64,000 bases of DNA from Mayamaea pseudoterrestris (lineage: Eukaryota). The stretch covers positions 248,001 to 312,000 of the forward strand of contig BROI01000025.1 of NCBI GenBank assembly GCA_027923505.1, written 5' to 3'. The position numbers were made by a program, and so were the translations under genes. This document shows, piece after piece, positions 56,175-64,000 of the stretch; position 1 is the stretch's first letter; every line of letters begins with the position of its first letter. The notes beneath the pieces were generated by a model that was not told the DNA's origin, did not search any database, and was given only the letters and a program-made list of their open reading frames with translations.

Positions 56175-57113
56175 TTATCGCCAATTCTTCCTGTCGTCCT
56201 TTGCCCATCGATCATATACTTTTCGCATAAACATGGCTGTCCCAAGTGCTGTCTTGGGCATCTCTGCCACAATTTTGCTGCCCGCCGACCAGCATCGTGA
56301 CGGAAACTCGTCTTGAAATGTTTCGGCAAGCCAGTCGACATTGTACTTCAGATGCTCACCAGTTAACAGGGAAAAGTTGTACATTTTGGTGAGATACTTC
56401 TTTACTTCTTCGCGACTTGGCGGCTTAAATGCTGCGGTCGACGAAGAGTCATAGTGTAAATCTTGAAGACCTGTTAATGTTGACTGATTCTGCCCGCGGA
56501 CACGGTCTCGCTGCATTTTATCATCGTCAAACGAGGACTCTACAGGAGTACCCCGGCAGACAAAAACGTTTCGACACACGCCAATAGTCAGAAAGTTTTC
56601 GTCGTTCGTTCCAATCTTGCGAAGCGATAAGCCCTCGTTGATCGGCAAGACCGCAGTAATGTGCTCCGTACCCTTGGTTTCCTCCTCAAGTACTAGCAAA
56701 CACACCTCGGTCGACCCATAGCACGACCATTTCTCACGCTTTATCGCCACTTCCTTTCGATAGTGTTCATCGCTTCCAACTGGCTCGTTGTAAACTAGGG
56801 CTGGCGATGCTGCAGCAATCTGAAGTTCTCGGCTGACCGGGTCATCATCCATTTCAATCTTGACTACTTTTATCATGCTGTTGATTCTTCCAATGGCATT
56901 CTCTCTTGTTTGAGGTGACATTTCGGTTAAATATATCAGCTGGGAGCGCACTCCGAAGCAAGATCCCAAACGATCGGCCAGGTAATCCGCCTCATGCTTG
57001 TGGTTCGACGAAACGGTGTATATCCCGTAACAATTGAAGGAATACAATTTCGCCCTATACAAGTCCGCGTCAGTATATCTGGTCGTTGTTGGTTTCCCCG
57101 GTTTTGCGAGCAT
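56175..57113 (-). CDS. Hypothetical protein
   Basis: About 312-aa ORF from the first ATG with globular composition; no family recognised. Confidence 0.55.
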   Translation of the reverse strand: MLAKPGKPTTTRYTDADLYRAKLYSFNCYGIYTVSSNHKHEADYLADRLGSCFGVRSQLIYLTEMSPQTRENAIGRINSMIKVVKIEMDDDPVSRELQIAAASPALVYNEPVGSDEHYRKEVAIKREKWSCYGSTEVCLLVLEEETKGTEHITAVLPINEGLSLRKIGTNDENFLTIGVCRNVFVCRGTPVESSFDDDKMQRDRVRGQNQSTLTGLQDLHYDSSSTAAFKPPSREEVKKYLTKMYNFSLLTGEHLKYNVDWLAETFQDEFPSRCWSAGSKIVAEMPKTALGTAMFMRKVYDRWAKDDRKNWR

Positions 57114-57333
57114 GTTTGTACCGATCGAATGTTGCGAATGGCTTGGCGTGGAAGAAAGTGCCGACAACGACGTGAAGTGGGCAGTCGTATTACGCTTGAC
57201 GAAACGCGACCGTCCTTCCAATTGAAGCCGAGGGACGTTTCCACGCGTCGCCTAAGAGTGATGTATCGCTCGTTATCCTTTTTATGACGGTCAAAAAGAC
57301 TGCTAGAAAATAGTAATAAGGGGCTTGCAAGGT

Positions 57334-58608
57334 TTACTTTAACAATGCGCTTTTGTACAACGTGTTCGTGGACGAAATCTCAGAAGAAAACCCAAGAGGC
57401 AGAGTCGCGGCGTCAAACAGCGTCTGTCTAGACGCATTCAAGATAGCCCTGTTTAGTTCCAAGTATACGGGGCTTGACTGCCATCGCTCCTGGTTGCAAT
57501 AGTCATGTACAGTCATCCATTGTATGTCAGCAATCTCGTCCGGACATGTTTGAAGGGTTGACAAGTCATCCATTGACGTCTGCCGAGTGCCACCCCCTAC
57601 TAGTTGCAAAATGCAAATGGCAAAAAGGTCCGAATGTGCTCGCATGACAACAGATTTGTTGTTCTTAATAGACGGTTGCGCATGAGCCTGCCGTATAGCC
57701 AAAATTCCACAAAACGTGGCATCCAAGCCCGTCTCCTCCTTGCACTCTCGGACAGCCGCCATGTGAATGTCTTCGCCTGGATCAGCGAGTCCCGTTGGCA
57801 TCTTCCACAGCTTCCAAGCGGCTGCTGGTCCAGTCTTTTCCTGAACGACCAGCATTCGACGTTGCGCGGGTGGAACGCCAGTCGTATTCTCCAAGTTCCA
57901 GTCTAGTGGATGAAAAATGAGACAGCCGACTCCGACTTGGTGAGTCGGTCCGGGAGGAAGTCGATTTGGAATGTGTTTTGGAAGCCACTGCGTGAGAACT
58001 AGAACCTTGTCCTGCTCTTGTAACGCTTGATTGCTGCTCCTAATTGCATCGGCGACATTGCTCGTAGTTTCTTTTTGACAATGGTGAACCACTGTATGAA
58101 ACTCGAATCCTTGCTGCAGACACGTATGAATCTTGTCGGAATGAGACGAAGCAACTTGAATCCAGATACCCTTGCGTCCGTCTGCCTTCCATGCTGCCAA
58201 TGAATCGGCTAGCGTTTCGGCAAAGTCGTTTTCATCCATGGAGAATGTATCAGTCAAAGTTAGCGTGACCCCGCTATAGTGATCATATTGTAAAAAGTCT
58301 TCGGAAAACGCAGTCGCGGGCGCGCAGCGAGTTGTCATGGACGAGTTTCGACTGCTCATCATCGCGACTGACGCAGCCGAGCCAGCGAAAAGAAGCGTCG
58401 TCTCGTAATGACGTCGAGGACCAATTGCCAAGGAATTTGAGATCGAACGAGAGCTGCGGAGGAAGCAACGAGTAGATAGGGGTCTTAGTGCTTGCATTGC
58501 ATGAGAATAAGCCATGATTAGTATGATGAGGTTGACTTTCTTTCGCGTCATGCTCATGGTCACGATTGTCGTCGAAACGGCGCTGGATGATGGTCGGATG
58601 ATAAGCAT
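57334..58608 (-). CDS. Nudix hydrolase (NUDT6 / plant NUDX8-like)
   Basis: GRKGIW, GF.FH, THQVGVG, WKMPTGLADPGEDIHMAAVRECKEETG Nudix box, SDLF. Confidence 0.9.
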   Translation of the reverse strand: MLIIRPSSSAVSTTIVTMSMTRKKVNLIILIMAYSHAMQALRPLSTRCFLRSSRSISNSLAIGPRRHYETTLLFAGSAASVAMMSSRNSSMTTRCAPATAFSEDFLQYDHYSGVTLTLTDTFSMDENDFAETLADSLAAWKADGRKGIWIQVASSHSDKIHTCLQQGFEFHTVVHHCQKETTSNVADAIRSSNQALQEQDKVLVLTQWLPKHIPNRLPPGPTHQVGVGCLIFHPLDWNLENTTGVPPAQRRMLVVQEKTGPAAAWKLWKMPTGLADPGEDIHMAAVRECKEETGLDATFCGILAIRQAHAQPSIKNNKSVVMRAHSDLFAICILQLVGGGTRQTSMDDLSTLQTCPDEIADIQWMTVHDYCNQERWQSSPVYLELNRAILNASRQTLFDAATLPLGFSSEISSTNTLYKSALLK

Positions 58609-58763
58609 GTTTGTCGCAGCGCAACTTGCCTTTGAGTCGCGCTCGACGTTTTGGCGATGCTCTTCTCACGAAAGTCTCGAAACATGCCGTTGCATAGGAC
58701 CTCTACATGTCGCGCCTGTGACAACGTTGACTGTAGAATCTCAAAATAAATACCTCTCTCGCG

Positions 58764-59348
58764 ATGCTTCCCGCGATATCTACCACGAAATTGGCAACTT
58801 CTAATGGCGGATGCACGGAGAGTGATCGAATGCATATAATGATTACACCTGAGAGCGAAGCGGATAACGAGATGATAGAAGCGGAACTACATCAGCTTCA
58901 AACGGAAAAGAAGACCAGGGGTGAACAGATTGCTCGCTTACAGCAAGAAATCGTTGCGACTAAGCTGTATACCAAGTCCATCTACGAGAAGATTGATAAA
59001 GACCGGATACAGACTGATGCGGCGGCAGCTAGGGCTGAGTTACACAATCAAGCAACGGAACAGCTTGTTCTACCAGAAGAGAGTGATAAAATGTGGACCT
59101 TTAGCCTCCTGTCGACGTTAACATTGGAAGACTTGACCAAACTCGACGTTTCGGACAAGACCCTACTACACATGCTGCCGCCACCCATGGACGGGGTTCA
59201 GCATACGATTGGCGAAGTCATTGGTTTCAACAAAAACATACACAAAAGTATACGGGCTAAAGTACGGACGGCCTGCAACATTCCTCGCAAGCCGAAGAAA
59301 GCAATTTGTATGACATGCCGAGAAAAATTGGGAGCCATTGACAAGTAA
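58764..59348 (+). CDS. Hypothetical coiled-coil protein
   Basis: ATG ORF with heptad region and terminal CxxC; no family recognised. Confidence 0.5.
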   Translation: MLPAISTTKLATSNGGCTESDRMHIMITPESEADNEMIEAELHQLQTEKKTRGEQIARLQQEIVATKLYTKSIYEKIDKDRIQTDAAAARAELHNQATEQLVLPEESDKMWTFSLLSTLTLEDLTKLDVSDKTLLHMLPPPMDGVQHTIGEVIGFNKNIHKSIRAKVRTACNIPRKPKKAICMTCREKLGAIDK

Positions 59349-59406
59349 TTTTTTGTACGAATCACATAATTATGATGCGTGTTGTTATTTAACGACCAGC
59401 GCGTGA

Positions 59407-60922
59407 TTATTTCTCCTTCGCGCTATCGGAAGCTGTGTTTTGTTCGCTGCCGCTATTGTCGTCTCCTACATTGGAATTGTCGCTGCTATCGACGCTATCG
59501 GCAGCGGCGGCGTCTGAGACCTCGTCCATCGCGGCTGTGGGCTCGTCTGCTGGTGAAACATCCGCAACAGGAGCAACATTAGGTTGCACAGGCACGTTTG
59601 GAGCTCTTCCCCACGCCGTCTCCACTCCGCGTATGTTTCGATCCAACCATCCCTTCTTGACACCAGCGTAAATGTGCTCGCGAACATTTCGCGTCGGCTT
59701 CCAAGACGCATGCTTAACATCAGCCATGGTACCCACTCGCAGAGTACCGTCTTGCTCCACTAGTGTATTCTCCGGGCTATTGTTCGTGTAGGATCGATTT
59801 GGCTTGTGCTGGCGTTTCAGGTCGCGCGTATTGACGACTTGGGCTACAAACTTCCATCGGCTACGCTTCTCGCCACTGGCAGGAGCAGGCCACTCAATTG
59901 CATCGCTTGGTTTTGGGCTTGCCGATTGCAGCTTTTCGTGTCTCTTGAGCAATCTCTTAGCGTCCTTTGATGTTGGAATTTCGATCGCATCGTCGTCAAC
60001 GTCTTCCATGTAATGATGCCCATCAATAGCAAGTCGGGCTTCGCGGTCTTCTCGAATCGTCGCATCCGCCAGCAGCTGGTCCACGTCAAACACATCTTCA
60101 ACAACTTGCCACTGCTTTCGTTCCTGCAGTTCACCCGTGACTCCAACTGGATCTTCTACAAACTCATCCGGCTGCTTCAAGTCAAACGTCTGATATGCCT
60201 CTCTAATTTCCTGCTGAATCGCTGCATCCATGTAGCTGGCAGCCTCTGTCAACAACGTCCTTCCCTCGCGCTTGTACTGCTGCTCATTGTGCTGTAGTTG
60301 AATAATGGCGGCAATACGCTCCTGCGTCAAGTTGAACTTTTGAGCAATGACACGCGTAATATAGTCATGACTGGTCACTCCGTGCTTGTCAGATGCATGC
60401 TTTTGCAGTTCAATGTAGAGCTGGTAGATTTGCTCCTGCTGTTTAGAGTCAATCCAAGAGAGTGTGACCATGGCGTCTTGAAAGGATTTAAACTCTCCAG
60501 AGAAGCCAACTGGAGGAAATAATTTATAAATTAAGACGATGACGTACAAATTCTGATTCAAAACAACGTCTTCTTACCTGCTGGCCTATTTGCAAAATCA
60601 TCCAATGAAAGAATTTTGGCACGCGATTTAAACTTTGGCCTATACAGCGCTGTATAAGGCGAAGTAAAGGAGGTAAGCGCCCGTCAGCGAATGACAGATA
60701 AAGATCATTTGATTCTATAATGCCTTACTTACGGTCCGTTCGTTCTGGATCCCATTCTCCTGCTTGTATACGAGCCTGGACAAAGCTCTGCGTCGGCGAC
60801 GCGTCGGTTGCGTCCTCGGGTGAATTTGTAACTACTGCTCGACTGCTTGCACGAAGTCGCGTAACTAATACGGTCTTCCGTGATGCATCTCGTGTGCTGC
60901 TGAGTAACTTATGGGCCAGCAT
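59407..60922 (-). CDS. Mitoribosomal mS45/Bot1-like protein; introns 60650-60732 and 60510-60577
   Basis: R/S/L-rich presequence MLAHKLLSSTR; splicing gives ERTD|PLYRPKFKSRAK..NRPA|VGFSGEF; core EQIYQLY...IAQKFNL..ERIAAIIQL resembles Bot1p. Confidence 0.6.
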
Positions 60923-61328
60923 GGCTCCGTGGTAAAAATAATCAAAAGTACTGTTGTGATTGCACCGCCATGGCGAAAGTGGATGGACGACGAACGCGCG
61001 CGGTCGATGCGGGAGGGGCCAATACCGGAAAGACACGATATGGTTTTGATGCGACTACGGGTACCGTACTTTATACTATCGTTATAGTATGCTCCACCAT
61101 GTTTGGCCTGCATTTAAGCATGGTATCGTCTAGTTACGACCGTGTATGATGTGATTCACGAGGTTGTATTGGACCGATTCGCAAATGCTTTTAGTTAGCC
61201 GTGCGGGCCCTGCCCCGATTGTCAGTGATATTAAGCTTGGAACGTGCCAATATTAACCATGCGCTAGCTATAAAGTGAACATGCATACTACATGGCTATT
61301 TTAACTACGGCAGCAAGCTGATCATGAC

Positions 61329-62657
61329 TTATTCAAAAGCTCCTTGGACTGTATCAGCGTCAATGTCCGACGTTCCGGCTGATAAAGACTTTTTCATCTC
61401 CTCTCGCACCTCTAAACTTCTTAAATTGTATCCTAGAGCAAGTTGCCACATGCACAACTGTGCCATGGCTTCGCTCGACTGCTCGGTGACAGTGTCGGGT
61501 CCTATTTGTCCCTCACCAATGCCAGCAATAACTGCATTAACTAGGCCCTTCATGGCCACCAAAACGTCTTGACTCATGGTACTCGTCAGCTCCCTCAACT
61601 CCTTCTCAGGTAACGTTCTAATGTACATGAGAAGATCCTTTCGTAACGCTTCTTCCTTTTCCTTGCGGCTAATGACAAGTTCGTTTCGCAGTTGCTGCAC
61701 TTCCTTTCGAAGCTCGGCGACATAGGCATTCGCGTCTACCTCGATACCAGCGTCGTCCTCGGCCACGGATGCGCTCGTTGCTTCCACTGTCTCATTAGTT
61801 TCAGTTGACGACTTTTTGCTAAACAATCCTCCAAATCGTAGACGCAGTTTGCCGCGAATCTTGCCTTTTAAGGTGTCAGGCTTGGCATTCTCTTCATCTC
61901 CAGACAATAATAGCTGATCAAGTCCATTACCAAGTAGAGTTTCGCTGAGACTGAGACGATACTCTGCATTCTTGAACATGTATCCAGTCATTTGCAGTTG
62001 AAACATGAGCGATGCCAATCGCTGTCCCGACATGACAGTCGTCGTGTCAAAGGCCATTTTCGGAAGACCACCAATCAAGCCCAAGACAGTTTGACGCACG
62101 GCACTTTGGACGCGTGGATGAGCCGTCGATGTGAATCGAGAAATGAGTTCATTCGGCGAGAGTCTACTAACGACGGCCATGTATGGATTATTCGCTAGAG
62201 ACTCCTGCGTCAAAGGTGCAGCATTCTGCACCATGGCTCCGCCACTTTCAGACTCGTTACCGACGACTGCAGAGGATTGCATCAATTCATTGGATGCCGT
62301 TGCATTTAATTTATCAGTAGCTTCCCTTGGCGTCGCATCAGCGTTAACAGTGGCATCGGCGTTGTCATAGGAGAGAGGCAGACTATTTTCGCTCATGTAT
62401 TCGCGAGCCTTGATCAAATTCTCCGACTCCTTGTACGTTGGGTCTAGAAACTTGTCAATATCTCCAAACTCGTCGTTGTCTTTTCCAGACGATGGCGGTC
62501 CATCTCCTACCGACGAAAAGAGTGCGATATGTCTACTCTGCTTTGCTGATTTAATTGCCGAGAAGAATGGATTCGGTTGATGAAAGCCAAACGATTGATC
62601 AAAAGTCGCAAGCAGCATGGCAGCCAATGTGGAGCACAAGCTAAATCTGCTTCGCAT
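61329..62657 (-). CDS. DUF760 family protein, probably plastid-targeted
   Basis: V..AVRQTVLGLIG.LP, LA.LM..QMTGYMFKNAEYRLSL, LLMYIR.L, GYNLR.LE; signal ending SFGF. Confidence 0.82.
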   Translation of the reverse strand: MRSRFSLCSTLAAMLLATFDQSFGFHQPNPFFSAIKSAKQSRHIALFSSVGDGPPSSGKDNDEFGDIDKFLDPTYKESENLIKAREYMSENSLPLSYDNADATVNADATPREATDKLNATASNELMQSSAVVGNESESGGAMVQNAAPLTQESLANNPYMAVVSRLSPNELISRFTSTAHPRVQSAVRQTVLGLIGGLPKMAFDTTTVMSGQRLASLMFQLQMTGYMFKNAEYRLSLSETLLGNGLDQLLLSGDEENAKPDTLKGKIRGKLRLRFGGLFSKKSSTETNETVEATSASVAEDDAGIEVDANAYVAELRKEVQQLRNELVISRKEKEEALRKDLLMYIRTLPEKELRELTSTMSQDVLVAMKGLVNAVIAGIGEGQIGPDTVTEQSSEAMAQLCMWQLALGYNLRSLEVREEMKKSLSAGTSDIDADTVQGAFE

Positions 62658-62897
62658 CCTTTGTCGAATTATTCTGTCGTTTGGCCGTTGATAATACATC
62701 GAACTGTTTAAACAATTGGTTTAGGAAGTTGATCCAAATCAAAAATAGTCAATCGGATGGAAGGGTGCTGAGATGTCGTCGTGGTGATGACAGCTTCACG
62801 GCGCGGGGCGCGCGCCTTCTTCCGTGGAATTCCACGTGGCATGCCGTCATTTTTTTCCTTCGCAGATTTTGACGCATTCTGTTTATGCATCCCTACA

Positions 62898-63140
62898 ATG
62901 GCTGAAAACGACGACAACGACGACATCGAGAAAGAGCCACTTGAATTTGTAAGAGGCGACTTTGTCGAGCTGACGCAGGGAGGTTTCAGGGGAAAGCGCG
63001 GCTTTGTTCAGGAGCGTCAAGACGGCGACGGTAGCTTTACGAGCAATGACGAATGCATCTCGGTCATACTCGACAATGAGGTGCCGTACTTTGTGCCGCC
63101 TGAAGAAAGAGAGAATCTGCTTTTAAACTTGATTTGTTAG
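62898..63140 (+). CDS. Short KOW-motif ORF (possibly a 5' exon or remnant)
   Basis: FVRGDFVELTQGGFRGKRGFV matches the KOW consensus. Confidence 0.35.
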   Translation: MAENDDNDDIEKEPLEFVRGDFVELTQGGFRGKRGFVQERQDGDGSFTSNDECISVILDNEVPYFVPPEERENLLLNLIC

Positions 63141-63351
63141 AAGTGACTTGAAGCTGTTGCGAAGGGAGGGAGAGGAGCTAAAGCTACCAGGGTGCACAAA
63201 GATGCAACTACTGCGGTAAGTAGACTATGAGGATCGTGAAGATCCGTATTAGTCGCATCACAAATCAGAACATATGAGATACACGAGACTGTAATGGGCT
63301 ACATATCCGCACTTGTTAGCTTGGCAACAGTTCGCTACGTACATATTTTAG

Positions 63352-64000
63352 CTACTCGAACACAATTGGGTACCGGTCCGCCATGATATTTGTTGCATGA
63401 AAACCGCGATGTGCGCGGCGCAACGAGAAACAAAGACACTTCCTCCACTTACGATGGCATCTGCTGCTCACCAGAATCATCAAGAAGACTCTTTGTCGAC
63501 TCGAAAGAAGGGAGAATGTGAAACGATTGTGGTATTCGGCGCTGGCACCGTGGAGGTAAATGGCGAATATCGCTTCGCCGGGCGCGCGAATGGACATGCG
63601 CATTACGAAATGAAAGGAACTTGGGAGGGCTCTCTTGCGACATTCGCTATATTTGCTGCTTATGACAAGCGCTGGTATATTGGTATCCTGGAATTGCAAA
63701 AAGAGTGCTACCGCACTTGCAAAATACAGGATGCGTCACTCCTGCCTCCAGCACGAATATGGTGGTGCGATGTTGACGCGAATTGTAAAGGTCCTCCACC
63801 GATTCTTTTTCACGACGGTATTACTTTGCTGGATTGGCGCCATGATCCGATCGTAAGTTTCGCCGATTATGAGATTGTGATTACGGTGGAAGGCACTACT
63901 GAATCGACGAGCTATCACGTTCATAAGATTTTTCTTAGCAGTGGATCGGCCTACTTTGCAGGAATCTGGGGCGCTGGAGCGAATTTTGCCGAAGGGCATG
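63352..64000 (+). CDS. BTB/POZ domain protein, 3'-partial (absent from the ORF track because it runs off the window)
   Basis: Manual translation: IVVFGAGTVEVNGEY...KRWYIG...LLPP..W...LDWRHDPIVSFADYEI...YHVHKIFLSSGSAYF. In-frame ATGs at 63397 and 63454, TTTAG acceptor at 63351. Confidence 0.75.

Overview
Gene-dense eukaryotic nuclear DNA with short GT-AG introns (about 64-154 nt) and bipartite signal+'AF' plastid presequences. It looks like a diatom or other ochrophyte; this is inferred from gene families and targeting motifs, not from a database search. About 40 protein-coding genes can be supported. Housekeeping genes include an OSCA/CSC1 channel, alpha/beta hydrolase, VAT-1-like oxidoreductase, MATE transporter, PEX11, TRM2, a mitochondrial carrier, histidine phosphatase, P450, pirin, DUF2064 GT-A, thioredoxin, Nudix, mS45-like protein, DUF760 and a BTB protein. 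There are also four small paralog families and a set of cell-surface proteins sharing an RxLQ motif. The most unusual locus is a MUS81-like nuclease with HhH/winged-helix, R3H-like, UIM/SIM-like, active ERCC4 and a second EME1-like domain apparently in one chain. It carries a 1-nt frameshift, a perfect 140-bp tandem duplication with an inverted templated junction, and a duplicated TGACGTCA promoter element. A spliced gene missed by the ORF track contains an in-frame TGA. I recognised no rRNA, tRNA, CRISPR or clear transposon. All family calls are motif recognition by eye.
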